DNA from: the human T2T-CHM13v2.0 reference genome, Homo sapiens
Assembly: GCF_009914755.1 (NCBI RefSeq)
Contig: NC_060929.1
DNA length: 64,000 bases
Strand: one strand, 5' to 3'
The position numbers were made by a program, and so were the translations under genes. Below the pieces are notes generated by a model. It searched no databases, had not been told where the DNA came from, and was given only the letters and a program-made list of their open reading frames with translations. Shown in pieces: positions 40,357 through 54,500 of the stretch (positions are counted from its first letter, which is position 1; each line of letters starts with the position of its first letter).

Positions 40357-41359
40357 TATATCCAGATCATTTGGCTTTAAGAAATAAGATGGAAGTCTTT
40401 CTGGTGTTTATTAAATAATTACATAAATATTTAACCTTCCCAGTTAATAAAAAAACTGAAAAAAACAAAAAACAAACAGAAAAACCTTTGTCACAATTAA
40501 TGTAATTATCAGATAGGTCAGAAACTCATTACATTTTCTAATATTCATTTTTCCATTTGAAATCTGTTTCTATCTTTGTTAACAATATCTCCAAATTATA
40601 TTTCTGCTACTGCTGTAGAAGCTGTAACAAATTCAGTCCTATGTGAAATCAATAAAAGCTGCTTTCAGTTTGGTGAAATACAAGGGCAAGGTCTCTTTGT
40701 GCTTGAAATGAGACTGAAGGATGATTTTCTTCTGGAGATTAATATTTTTGTTTATATTGTCCAGACCAGAAACAGCCTACCAATAATCAATTGTTCTAAA
40801 GCTAAATGATAAAGACTACAAATTGGTCTGTTCTTGTGTATATGTATTGAAGAATAGTGCCTTTCTTTTGTATGAAAATTGCATTTGTTGAAGTGATTTA
40901 ACCAATAACAGATTTAGTTTGGAACATGTATTTTAAAACTTGCAAGCATTTTTCATGGGCTGAAAATATTTATACTTTTATCGTTTACTGGCAGGTCATG
41001 AGCCACACAGGTATTTATAGAATTGACAACACTTCTACATTGCCTTGTTGAGTTATGCAAACTTGGCATGAATCTGGGCATGTGAATGATAGAAATAGAG
41101 TCAAAACACAAAGATTTCCAGATTTTCCATTACTGCAAAATACATTTTTTTAAATTAAAATGAAACATCGTTGGGACATTATCTCAACTGATAGTGAATA
41201 AAAATTCTTCACTCTGATAAATCGAGGACAGATGACATGATGTTTTTCAAAAACAATAGAAGACAAACTGAAATTGGGAATTTTCCATAGGTTTAAAATG
41301 CCTGCAAATGCAAATCTACAATCATGTTCAATCTAGGCCTGTATTCTCTTTTTTCCATT

Positions 41360-41570
41360 GTTCATTTACTAAATGTGTGACCTTGTGTAAGTGACTCGAC
41401 TTCTCCGTTCCCGAATTGCCTTATTTTTCCTGAATTTAAAAAATGGGAAAAATTAGAAGCTAATTTTATATTTGCCCTTAGGGAAAAGTGAAGTACTACA
41501 TATAAAGTAATTAGCAGAGTGTTGGGCACATAGAAAGTACTCAATAGACATAAGCTACTTTTATTAATTA
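41360..41570 (+). mobile_element. MIR SINE
   Basis: tgtgtgaccttgtgtaagtgact...ggcacatagaaagtactcaata. Confidence 0.8.
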
Positions 41571-44500
41571 TTCCAATGCTGTTCCCCTTATAAAAGCATA
41601 AAAGTCGTACATATTGCCTTGTAATCTTTCTTTCATGGTTTCTTATTGTATGAGCCTAATTACATCATAACTACCTTGATGGTAAAGTTTTGTCATATTC
41701 TTCTTTGATATTGCTGATGAATTGGTAAAGACAAAATTCGTTGTGTAATGGGGCAAGTTTTGTGTATCCAACATTACATTAAGGATTCACCAACATGTAT
41801 ACTGATTTTGCTGTGTCATAAGGCGCAGTGTAGAGGATGAAACAAACAAAAAAGAGTTCACGTATTCGGCAACCTGCCGTATTGTGGCATGTTAAGATAT
41901 CATTATGCTTTATGGAGCAGAATTTTCCAAGCTGTGTTCTATGGGATCCTGTGTCCCAAAAATATTAACAAGCCTCCACTCCACTCCCCGCCAAAAAATT
42001 CTATGGTCAAATAATATTGAGAAACCTATATTAAACCTATGTCAGGCTCCTGTGATTCAAGAATCTCCCAAACCTTTAAATGCACTAGTGTGCGTTGAGA
42101 TAATTCAAGAAGGGGAGGTCACAGTTTTTAAACTTGCCCCTGAACCCTTTTTAGCAGGGATCCTGTAGAGCATCTTGTGCTCGATGTAGCGAACAGCAGG
42201 ACTTGGGTAGTGCTGCTCTAAGTCTGTGACCGCGACTAGAGGCGCGATATTGGGCTTCACTCGTGATTCATGCCATAGAGCCGTGGCGTAGTGTTCCGCG
42301 CTAGGAGCTAGGAGGTTTCCCCAATTAAGTACTGAAAACTGAGAAGGATTTACACAAAATGAAATAAAATCAAACCAACTCAAGAATGCCCCTCTAAGTC
42401 TGTCACTGCCATTCATTTGCATTTCAGTACATTCACTCTGCAAGTGAAAAGCAGGAAGCAACGTGAAACTGACAAGGATTTGCTGCACATGTGCGGTCAC
42501 GCAGCGTGTGTGGAAAATGGCAATAGGTTTGAGCAGCGCTGGGCTTCTCAGGCGCGCTCTCTTCTTCTAAACGATTCCCTGGGTCCTGTATTTCAGTAAC
42601 TGCTTCTGTTGTCACTCTTGAGCGTGTCTGGGTACAGCTATAGCAAAGCATTTTAATTTTATGACTTTCAGATGTCTTGTTAGTGGGCAAATGAAGTGGT
42701 AGGACAAGTGGGTTTTGTCTAGTTGCTAAGGAATAAAAATAACAAGTGCCTTTATTACTTTGCTGACAATCTATTTATAAATTTCTGGAGGGGATGCCTA
42801 CAGAGGAAAATGTGGATGTGTTTTGGACATACCTGAGAATTCTCAAGTAAAATCGTGTAGTGATAGACCCTGCTTTACGAGACTTTGGTAGGGTGCACAA
42901 CTATTGCTCCTATATGTAAGATAAGTTTCAGGCTTGGTTCTTTGATGGTCATGATACAAATGACATTTGGCAAAGGCTGTTTGCTCATCTCCTCTTTCGC
43001 CTTACTTATACTAAATTGCACAGGAGATTTCCAGATATTGTAGTGCTATCACCTTAACCACACAGGATGGTAAAAGTGGCATTTAAAAATACGTATTTGC
43101 CTCAACCAGTGGTAATCTGTAATGGGAATGACCCCTTAAAGTTTCCCTGTGAAAGCTGGGAAAGTTTTCTTTGTCATTGCTCCTGAGGAGCTCTGCTTCA
43201 TCTCCAAGTCGGAGAGCAGCTCTTCAGTGACCAGCACATCCAAACCTTTGAAGCCCTTGCCAGCAGTTGGGCCCTCGTGCTGCTGTGAATGGCATTGGGA
43301 TAGAAAAGCATAGTAGGTACTGGCATGTGAATGAACCATTCCGGCCAGGCTGCCCTCACACCGCACACTGAGAAACTCAAAGAGGGCAAAATGCACTCTC
43401 CTGGGTACACACTTGGCCCTCTCAAGCGCTTTCCCAGAATAAAATGACAATTTAAAAACTTGCCCAGACTACCAGAAGTTTGAGTCCAAGTGGCTCGTCT
43501 TGGCACCGCTTGTTTCTGAAATATCGACATGTTCATTAAGTTATATTCTAAGGGAGTCTAATACCAAGGGAGAGAAGAAGTGGTAAAACAGGGTGACCTG
43601 TTGTTTACATAATACTGTGGTATTTCCAACTTCTGCAAACCCACATTTTTTTTAATTTTTATGAACCAAGCATTCGCATTTATTTTCATGCAGGTGTGCT
43701 TCATAATATCCCAGCATTTTGAGTTTAAAAAGCAGTTTTGTAGACTCTCACACCATTGATGCTGTGGTAATTTGGCAATCTGTTACAGTAGGAAAAATAT
43801 CTTATATAGTAGCCCCATTAGTTCCTTCTACCTTGTACAAAGAATGCCTTCCATCCTGTTACTGTTCTTCAGCGTTTGTGTTTCAAAAGGCCCCTCCTTG
43901 ATGAAGATGAAAAAATACCACACAGCTCCAAGACAGGGCAAATCAAAGTGAAATGAAGGTGGTTTGTTCTTTGATAAGTGTTTATTGATAAGCCCCTCAT
44001 TAGGGTGTGCCTGCTTCCTTCTGGCCAGGTAATAATGGTTTACATTTTTTAGTAGCTTACATAAATTTGACACTTTCTAATTTCTACCATATTATTAGAT
44101 CATGAGGGGTATGGAAAGAATTTGTGCTCCAATAACCAAAGATGAGATGATAAAAGAACCTGGAAATTTTCCACAGGTGAAGGTCTCTTTTAGTCAGTAA
44201 GGACTTTTAGACGTGTAAGTTCCCTCCAGATGTCTGGGAAAAACACAGCTTAGGGAGGAAGATATTTTTATATCTATGTGAACACAAAAGGCCTGTAATT
44301 GTTAATTATTTATTGCCATATTAAAGCCCATCAACTACATGGTAGAATTGCTACTTAGAAATTAAAATAAAGGATTAAAAATTAAGTGTCCAGTGTGTTT
44401 TAGAGGCGAACTTTTTTATAATCCACGTTAAAAGTTTTATCAATAGGAATACTTTTTTGTTACTCATTTAATTTATCCTTTTGTCTTACAATTTGGAGAT

Positions 44501-44807
44501 ATGAGAGCAGCTAAGCAACATATAAATTAATTGAGCTCTGTAATGAAATAACAGTTTAATTAGTTATTTATAATGTACAATGAGAAAGAAGAGAAGAATT
44601 CAGCAGAAAACCTGACAGCATTTCTACTCTCGTTTTGGATTGTTTTCCTATGAGAGCACACATCAAGTCATTTTGTGAACCCCATGACATTTCTCTTTTT
44701 TTAACTTTGAAAATCTGTATCATGGCTTAGATTGATTTGATTTTACATTTTGACAAGTAAAATTATTATTTGTTTGCTCTTTCATTTCTTCTTCACTTTT
44801 TAATCAT

Positions 44808-45110
44808 TTTATTTTAAAATAAAACACAGATATGGTACACTGAAAACACAGATATAGAACACAGAACACTGAATAAAACAAATGTGCAACTTATTAAGTT
44901 ATTATGAAGCAGGCACCTTTGCAACTGCTACCAGATCAAGAAACAGGACTTGGCCAGCCCCTCACCACTCTTACTTAGAAGTTCCTTCCTATCTCCAACC
45001 CTTACCATTTCCCTAAAGTCACCACATTTTTATATCTTATATGATCTCTTTCTTGCTCTTCTTTATCACCCAGGACATATCCCTAGATCTCATGGTTTAG
45101 ATTGGCCTGC
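44808..45110 (-). mobile_element. Old L1M 3' fragment
   Basis: ttttattttaaaataaaacacagata...ccagatcaagaaacag. Confidence 0.55.
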
Positions 45111-45128
45111 TTGGGGTCTAGGTCTTTC

Positions 45129-45503
45129 TGTCATAGTCAGTTCAGGCTGCTGTCATAGATTGTGTGGCTTCAACGAAAAAGCATTATTTTTCACTGTTCT
45201 GGAGGCTGCTGAGAAGGCCACGGTGCCAGCTGATCTGGTGCAGTCTGGTAAGGACCTTTTTCCTAGTTTGCAAAAGGCCATCTTCTCCTTATATCTTCAC
45301 ATAATAGAGAGAGACAGAGAGGGAGAGCACATGTAAGCTCTCCTGTCTCCTTACAAGGATACAAATCTTACAAATCCCTCTATGAGGTCTCCACCATCAT
45401 GATCTTATTATCTCCCAAAGTCCCCATTTCCAAGTACCATCCACTGGGACTAGGGTTTCAACATATGATTTCTAGGGAGAATACAAACATTCAGTCCATA
45501 GCA
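45129..45503 (-). mobile_element. MaLR solo LTR (MLT1A-like)
   Basis: tgtcatagtcagttcaggctgc...gttctggaggct...acaaacattcagtccatagca. Confidence 0.85.
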
Positions 45504-45505
45504 GC

Positions 45506-45628
45506 CCTTCCTTCCTTCCTTCCTTCCTTCCTTCCTTCCTTCCTTCCTTCCTTCCTTCCTTCCTCTTCCTCTCTCTCTCTCTCTCTCTCCTTCTTTCTTT
45601 CTTTCTTCTTTCTTTCTTTTTTTTTTTT
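45506..45628. repeat. (CCTT)n/(CT)n/(CTTT)n pyrimidine tract derived from an Alu tail
   Basis: Direct reading; lies inside the TSD of the adjacent Alu. Confidence 0.92.
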
Positions 45629-45897
45629 GACAGAGTCTCACTCTGTCGCCCAGGCTGGAGTGCAGTGGCGTATCTCAGCTCACTGCCACCTCCGCCTCCT
45701 GGGTTCAAGAAATTCTACTGCCTCAGACTCCCAAGTAGCTGGGATTATAGGCAAGCATGGCTAATTTTTGTATTTTCAGTAGAGACTGGGTTTCATCATG
45801 TTGTCCAGGCTAGTCTGGAACTCCTGACCTCAGGTGATCTGCCCACCGAGGCCTCCCAAAGTGCTGGGATTACAGGCGTGAGCCACTGTGCCTGGCC
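45620..45897 (-). mobile_element. AluS with small internal deletion
   Basis: TSD ccatagcagccctt at 45496 / ccatagcagtcttt at 45898. Confidence 0.95.
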
Positions 45898-46019
45898 CCA
45901 TAGCAGTCTTTAAAGTCTCTTAGAATCTACAATTTCCCCCATATTCTTTTATTTCCATGCAATTTATTTGTTAAATAAATTGGGTAATTTTTTAAAGTTT
46001 TATTTTCACTTTTAAAAAA

Positions 46020-46305
46020 GGCAAAGTTAGACAGGAGGAATAAGTTCAAGAGATCTATTAGACAGCATGGTTACTATAGTTAATGACAAACATATTGTAT
46101 TCCTGAAAAACGCAAGGAGAGTGAATAAGTGTTTTCACCACAGAAATAACCTTGTGAGGTAATGGACTTGAAAATTAGCTAGATTTAAGCATTTCACAAT
46201 GTATATGTACTTCAAAGCATCATATTCTATATGATAAATACATACTATTTTATCTATCAGTTAAAAATTTTTATTTTAAATTTAAAAACATCATTTTAAA
46301 AAATA
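46020..46305 (+). mobile_element. L1MA 3' end
   Basis: ttagacaggaggaataagttcaagagatctatt...cacaatgtatatgtacttcaaagcatcat. Confidence 0.85.
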
Positions 46306-46879
46306 AAGGCAAAGTGTCCAAACAGCACAGGTGTTTTCTTTTTAGGAGGTGCTTTGTAATTTTTCATTTAGGTTCTGGCCCCGCCCACAAGAGAACCCCC
46401 ACATTTCAGTTCTGTTTGGATAGACAAGCACACTTGAATCCAAGCATTGCCAATGATGGAATATGGAATTCATACAGAAAGACTGGTGGTGCCCGCTCCC
46501 ACTTGTCATTGGAGATGACTGGTAGAGTAGAGAGGGCATTCTTTCTGCAATTATTTACAGTGTGGTCCACTTCACATACAAACAGTCCCAAGAGGTTACC
46601 ATTCAGAAAGTGGGGTGAAATGTACAAGACTCAAAAGGTGGAAGTCAATCCAGACATATGGAAGTCTCTAGATAGTTGGGCTCTATGTCTCAGGAAAGAA
46701 ATGGGAGCAGGGAGTTCTATTTTGGCATCTTTTCTGTACCAAGCTGTTTTCCAAGTTTTGACACTTTTCTACAGCCATGTGAGTTAAGAGTTAATAGCCC
46801 AGGTTTGCAGAAGAGGAATCTGAATCTGTTTCTTAACAAGAAATCACCTCCTCACTGGACTCCTGTTTCTGTGTACCAC

Positions 46880-47530
46880 CCTGTGTTAACCTGAATCAGA
46901 TAACGCCAAGCCAGCATCCTTTGCACTTAAAGTCCAGACTCCTTTGCGTGGATTCTGGTCCACAGGACGGAGGTCTGGCCGCTGCCAGTGTTGCTGCTTT
47001 CAATGGTCCCTACCACTCATGCCCCGCCTGCTGTGCTCCAGCCTCACTGGCCTTTTTGCTGCACCTCAGATACAAGCTCTTCCAACAAGATGAAGGAAGA
47101 TATACCTTGGTAGTCTCTAAGATTCATATTTTCTCCTTTAAGGGAAGTCAGCATGCAAGACCGCTTTGGCGGCCTCTGCATTTGCTTTTTCCACTCTCTG
47201 GAATACTTCGCTGACACAATTTGCTTCGCTGGATCTTACATCTCTTTCAGGCCTCAGCTTAATTGTCACTTCCTCAGAGAACTTCCCTGCCCACTCAATC
47301 TACTTAGGCTTTTTCCTGTAATTATCTCCTCCACTTATTCTTTTTCCTCTCTGGCACTTATCAACACTCTAATTATACATGTATTTATTTAATGTCTATC
47401 TCTTCTACCTGACCCTGAATTACCTGAGGATGGGATGTGCCTGTTTTGTTTACTGCAATGTCCCTCATGCCCAGCTAACACAGAACCTAGAACACCAAGG
47501 AAGCTCAGTAAATATTGGTTGGAATGTAAA
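46880..47530 (+). mobile_element. L2 3' fragment
   Basis: gctccagcctcactggcctt...tcagcttaattgtcacttcctcagaga...aagctcagtaaatattggttggaatg. Confidence 0.8.
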
Positions 47531-47620
47531 ATTGGAATGAGGTTCAGAGAGGCTAGATAACTTGCCCAAAGTCACACAGCTTATAAGCATCAAAGCTGGG
47601 GATTTTAAAACACACCCTAA
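47530..47620 (-). mobile_element. MIR fragment
   Basis: tgaggttcagagagg...aacttgcccaaagtcacacagc. Confidence 0.75.
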
Positions 47621-48542
47621 AACCCTTGTATTTTCAATATGAATTGGTTTTTCCAAACTGTGTTCCTTGAACACTAGTGTCCTGAGGAATCTTAATAATG
47701 TGTCAAGAATAAAAAGGTATGTGTGTTCAAATAAATTGTGGATATGATGCAACTGTTTGAAGAAGATTGAACATATTTCTTTCCTGCAGTACATCCCAGG
47801 GACTTTAATATGCAAATGTGCATTGTGACTCTCCAAAAAACTAATATGTTATGCAGCATTTCTCACCAGTGTTTGGCCATGATTTACTTTTTTTGCATGA
47901 AAATAATATTTTGTGGGACCACAGTATTCAGCAGAAGCCAAGATGGGAATCACTCGACTATACCCTGCTTCTCCCTAGGAAGTGGGGAAATAGAAATTTC
48001 TATCAGCAAATTAGGTCTAAATATCCTAGTATCTTTTAAAAGTTTTATGCTTTCTTCCCCGTTCTTCAACTATGAATGTGGGCCAGGGGAGGAAGGTAAT
48101 GTCTTAAGAAAACAAGGTTAGAAAGCCGAAGTTAAAGAAAGTTAAACAGACTGTAATGTAAGTTATTGTGGAGAAGATATGAGAAGCATATATTTTTTAA
48201 AGTAACAGATTAGAAAATACAAACTAAATAAAGTTAAATTGTTAATAACTTAGAACTGCAAGCATTTTTTTTCCGCTTCAGTATGCATTAAAAATGACTG
48301 AGAATGGTCTTAAATGCTGACATCCCTTAATGGAGAAAGTATGAAATTACAAACTAACCAATGTAATCACACCTTAATCTTGTTAAATTGAAACACTGTA
48401 ATCTACATTCAAATTTCACATATGGTCGATCTTGCAAGAGCTGGGTGGATGAGCCAATGCACTATTCAGAATTTTAAATAGGGAGTCGTTCATACCTCTC
48501 CAAAGTCCATTTACTTCTTTATGAAAAATATTTCCCTGGGAC

Positions 48543-48930
<388 letters not shown>

Positions 48931-48933
48931 TTA

Positions 48934-49318
<385 letters not shown>

Positions 49319-49759
49319 TTAGGACTGGGGAAAAAAGGCTTTAAGCCAAAACAATTTTTTTGTGTAATTGAAATAAAGAAAAGTTTATTTCCAGAACCCT
49401 GATACTCATGACCAATCCTACCAGAAAGAAAGCAGAGTGCATTTCAGAAAAATGCGTAACTATGTGAGAGGAAAATGGGTTTCAGCTTTTTCTTGCCAAT
49501 GAATTATTTCAACCTGTTGAGAAACATGATTTTTAAGAACAGTAACTAAAGTGAAGCATTTTCATCCAATGCTGACTCAGTGTGCCTCTCAATTGAATGG
49601 GTAGAATGTGCTACAAATTCATTGTCTAGTCATGAAACATACATTTGGGAGCAGAGTTCCAACAGTAGAGATGCCCACTTTAGATTTGAATAATGGTAGC
49701 CCTTTGTTCAGAGGAACCACCAAATAAATGGCTTGTTCACCTCCTGTCTGGTAACCTCC

Positions 49760-50053
49760 TTTTTTATTCTTCAGAGGTGGGGGGTCTCACTCTGTCACTC
49801 AAGCTGGAATGCAGTGGTACAATTATAACCCGCTGCAGCCTCAAACTCCTGGGCTCCATTGGTCCTTTGCTTCAGCCTCCTGAATATCGGGGACTACAGG
49901 CACATGCCACCACGCCTGGCTTTTGTTGTGGTGACAGGGTCTTGTGATGTTGCTCAGGCTGGTCTTGAACTCCTGACTCAAGGGATCCTCCCGCCTCAGC
50001 CTCCCAAAATGCTGGGATTACAGGCGTGAGAGCGTGAGCCACTGCACCTAGCC
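49760..50053 (-). mobile_element. AluJ
   Basis: J-type ctgcagcctcaaactcctgggctc and gacagggtcttg. Confidence 0.9.
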
Positions 50054-51775
50054 AACCCTTCTAAATATGAATACACATTCTTCTCGGATACAGTGAGAAA
50101 ATACTGGAAATATGCATGTTTTTAACAGATTAAAAAATATATATCCTGGAAAGAGAAAACTGGAGAATCTTAATGTTTATGATTTATCTGGACTTTGTTT
50201 ATGAATTATCTGGACTTCTGTATCCTATCCTTTACACGCTGCTTTGCTCGGTTTTAACACTTTCACCAGGGACTTTAAATCAGTGCTGCTTTAAATCAGC
50301 TCTTCCATGGGGACTGCTGATTACGGTAACCACAGGCTCTGCTATGATGCTCTGACTACAACATTACAGGGAAGATTTGGCTATTTCATTCATTCCAGCA
50401 GGCTGTTGCTACCCAGCAAGTCCCTTGTCTCTGGAGTATTTTACTGTATCTATAATAAGAAAAAACAAAGGTATTTTGAAGGTTGCAATAGACACAGCCT
50501 CCATAGGCATAGTCCTCTGGAGACTTGGAGGGAAAGAAAGATGAGGCAAAGGTGCAGTCTCCAAATCCTCTGTGAACTGCATGCTCATATCAGAGCCCTC
50601 CATGAGCCTTCACCTACCAAGAAATTCCAGGGTTTTTCTGCAATTGCACATCCACTGCCCTCCACTTTAGTGCGTGAGTGCAATTGCATTAAGAGTACTA
50701 GAAAAAGTAAACCCTTTTTTTTTCCAAATCAGAAAACTGTGTGTCCTAGTGTGGCAAGAACGCCAGCTTCAAATAAGAACATCTCTCATCTCAGTTTTCA
50801 ATGAGACAGAGCAGGAACAAAAAGGCACAAAGACAAGAAACCACCAAAATGAGATTTGGAAGACATCTTTCTCAGTCGAGGACCAGATTCCTCTGCAGTA
50901 GTAGGTGAGCTGCTTTACCTCTCAGATCCTTAGTTTTCCCTTCTAACAAATGGAGTGGTTTGGACTCCAGATTTTGCTGTAAGCACATGAGAGATTATCT
51001 AAAGACATAGCTTCACTATAGATGTCAAGACATGCAGCCATGTATGGAATTTTAGACTCAGTTTTTGAATTGAATGAATGTATTCTAATATTCTTGCTAT
51101 TATGTTCTGAGGCTAAAATTTCCTATTGTTTTGAGCTTACATAAGCTGACCTCGTTTACTATGGGAACATTATAAGTATTTAGGAATATGAGGGTAAGCA
51201 CCATAGAAAGAATAGTTCAATCTAGACACGAGAGGCTCTTTTTTTAAGCTTCATTAACTGATAATTATTTGAGTGCAAAACAATGCCCTTACTGTTTGAT
51301 AAATGAATATTAGCTTCATGTCATGCTGATAAAAGTCATGAGCAGAACTAGACTTCTCTGCATTTGGGGGACTTTGTTATTTTGATGCTAATGGATTATG
51401 TTCATTTTATATAGATAGATATCTCGAATCTCGAATGACTCAGCAGGACCGACTTAAATTAGATTTGTCCATCCATACTTTGCTTATTAGTGTGTCCTGA
51501 ATATCTTGATGGCAGTCTTATATTACAATGTGTACTTCACATAATTTATCTATCATGACCCAAAGATTTTGATGATAGGAGAATTTGATTGATCATTAAA
51601 ATCACGATTATGTATTTATTTGAAAGTATAGCATTGTGATTACTTTTCCCCAAACAAGTATTCTCAGAATCAGCAATATGCAATAACTTATTAAAATCTC
51701 TTTACAATGTATGCTCTTTTGGAGTGCGTTGAATATTACTTCTTTGTAGATATTAGCTTCTCATAATGGAGAGTT

Positions 51776-52205
51776 GTATTAGTCTGAGTAGGCTGCAGCT
51801 ATAATAAGTAACCTTCAAACTTCAGCGGCTTTACATAATGAGGGTTTACTTCTTGCTCATGTCACAGTTCAAATGCACACTGGTGGGAGTGGGGAGCAGA
51901 GAGAAGCATTGGACAGGGAATGGGTTCTACCCATCAGAGTCGTGCAGTGACCCAGGTTTCTTCTGTCTTGTGGCTCCACCCATCTCTGGGTCCCTGGTGT
52001 CTTCTCTATTCAGTAGGTGGCTAGAAAAGGGGAGTAAGAATTATAAATGAGATGATTTTCTTACTTGGCTCAGTGTGGAAATAGCGGGCCTAATTTTTAC
52101 ACACGCTCCATTGGCTGAGTCTCTGACACGAGGATGCGGTCTGGTGGGGTGACCAGAAAGAAGAGGGGACATCAATGTTGATCAGCACTGACTGTCTCTT
52201 CCACA
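51776..52205 (-). mobile_element. Old MaLR solo LTR (MLT1I/J/K-like)
   Basis: tgtattagtc...tttacttcttgctcatgtcaca...cttgtggctccaccatc...ccattggc. Confidence 0.7.
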
Positions 52206-54109
52206 AGATCTAGACACCAAATCGGGAATAATTAAAGATAGGTTTGGTGAACGCTGAATACACAAAAAAAATCTTATTCTGACCATAAAAGATCAAGCTA
52301 TGACTAAGGTATAATAAGATCAAGGTAAAATAAGACCAAGTAAGGTGTACAAATAATTATACCATAAGATGTATGAAATATAAGGTATAAATCTTCACTG
52401 ACCACCATTGTCAGTGAAGATAATAAGACAAGATGTACAAATAATCATACCTTTTATAAAAGTTTATGTCTATACAGCCAGAAAGCTATAAATACTGATT
52501 AACAGAGGAATAAAGTCTACCAATTTGGGAGGACTGGGAAATTGTCTTGATGTGATGGTACTGACATTGGGCTACATATTCAACAACCAGAATTCTAGAT
52601 TGCTTCTGTCATTTGCTTGCTGCAAAATCCTGAAAAAGTTTCTGAGCCTCAATTTTCTTGTATGAATATTCATATATTCTCATATATAAATATCATAAGG
52701 CCATATGAAGGGGGATGTTCAAATTAGGTCATGAATAGGGAAAGCTTTTGTGAATGATGGTTCAAATATCCAATTAAACCACTGCTGTTACTCTTATTAT
52801 TATTTTTTAAATTCTATGCCGACAGGCCAGGCTTATGTTTATAAAACATTGTTCAGCACACATACACATACAAACACAGACACATCTGCACACACCAAAC
52901 ACACACACACAAACTTCCAGGTAGTAAGAAAATAACTAAATGCTCTATTTTTTTGGTATTCAGAATGAAGCTGAGAGTCAATGCCTACATATTTGGTTTC
53001 CCTGGTCACTAATATATCTTGCTTCTGTGCTAGTTTTATAACCTGTCCTTGGAAAGTAACATCAGTTATTTGTGTCTGTTCAGGTAGGCTGGATGTGGGA
53101 CTCTCTGTCCTTTCTGGCTTATAATATTGTTGAGAGCTTCAGAAAAATTAAGTTTGTGAAAACGTTTTTTAAACTGTAAAAGAATGTATATATGGAAGGG
53201 AGGTTTATTATGATTTTGCCTAGTTTAAGTTCCAAATGTCTATCCAGTTAGTTTGGGTCATCCCTATAAAAAAGTATTTAAATCATACCTTTATATACCC
53301 TTTTAGCCAAAATCTAGTGTGCTTTAAATAACACATTAAAGCAGCAAGTGTAAAGAAGTCATTTAATATCTGGCATCCATTATTTTTGTTAACTTTGTTT
53401 TTACTGATCTCTAAACACCCAGGTTGCCTATTCTCAATAATATTATAATGTTCCATTCTCATAATGTCACATTCTTTTGTTGGGGAGTGCAGAGCACAGG
53501 GAGTCAGAGAATAGATATTTCTCAGGAATCTCAAACCTACCTTGGGTGGTCCTCATAGCCTAGGATCAGTCTAGCCATGTACACATTCCAGGGGCTAGAT
53601 GAGCAAAGCCATACCATGCTTTGGAACCTGGTGCCAAATTCCTATAATTGGCAAGACCAAACCTTCCTTCTCGATTCTTCACTTTCAAGCTGTGGCTACC
53701 TGGATGACTGTCTTACAAAAATGCTTGGCCGAGAAGTTGTCAGAGTTAACATCTAGGGAGGTAGAATGACAATCCTTTAGCTGACATTATTGACTTAGAG
53801 TTGGGAAGACACAAAGCCATAGTTTTTTATTGGATCAGCAAGTCCCGTCTGTAAATTCTGACAAACCAGGGTGTCTTCAATTGTCTAGGAGACTACAGAG
53901 AGGTTCACAAGATAAAATTAGGTTATCTTTGTAATGATAACTCTACAATGTATGTGACTTTTATTATGGTAAGTTCCCATTTGTTCACGCCCCAGGCCAT
54001 GCTCTGTGTTGTTTCTAAACTGGAAATGGGATTGCTGAATCAAGTTCAAACACGTCGCAGCATCAATCCCCTCTTGATCCCTCCCCTGTCATAAACTCAG
54101 CTCCGGATC

Positions 54110-54500
54110 ACTCTTTCTGGCAGTTCCCCACGTTCCCAAGCGTTTCCACATTCTTCACCCACTTTTAGAAATGACTTTTGCCTCTTCAGCCACCTGGAGA
54201 ATGACTACTCATTTTTCACAACTCTCATTAAAAATTCCTATCTCTGGGAGGCCTGCCAGGATGCACTAGGCAGAATGAAGACTGTCTTATGTGTGATCAC
54301 ATAGCACGTTATATGTAGGACTATTGCAGACTTCAGCCAACATATTGTGACTGTTTCACTCTTTTGTGTTCCTCAAGCAGATTGTGAGCTCCTTAAACAC
54401 TGAGATGACATTTTATTTTTGCATCCCCAAAGCCTAGCACCTGCCCTGGCACTTTGTAAGTATTCAGAAAACACACAATGAATGAATGAATGAGTGAATA
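54110..54500 (+). mobile_element. L2 3' end
   Basis: agattgtgagctcctt...gcctagcac...ctggcac...aatgaatgaatgaatga terminus. Confidence 0.8.

Noticed and set aside
42228-42248. CTCF-like motif cgactagaggcgcg
   Set aside because: Lacks one G of the core CCACTAGAGGGCGC; match too weak to call
46314-46787. 157-aa ORF
   Set aside because: Starts at GTG next to an L1 tail; no recognisable protein similarity
50307-50804. Longest ORF (165 aa)
   Set aside because: No recognisable domain, promoter or splice context; length is compatible with chance in 64 kb
52270-52452. CRISPR-like or regularly spaced repeat array
   Set aside because: Repeats are irregular with no constant repeat-spacer period, the context is eukaryotic and there are no cas genes
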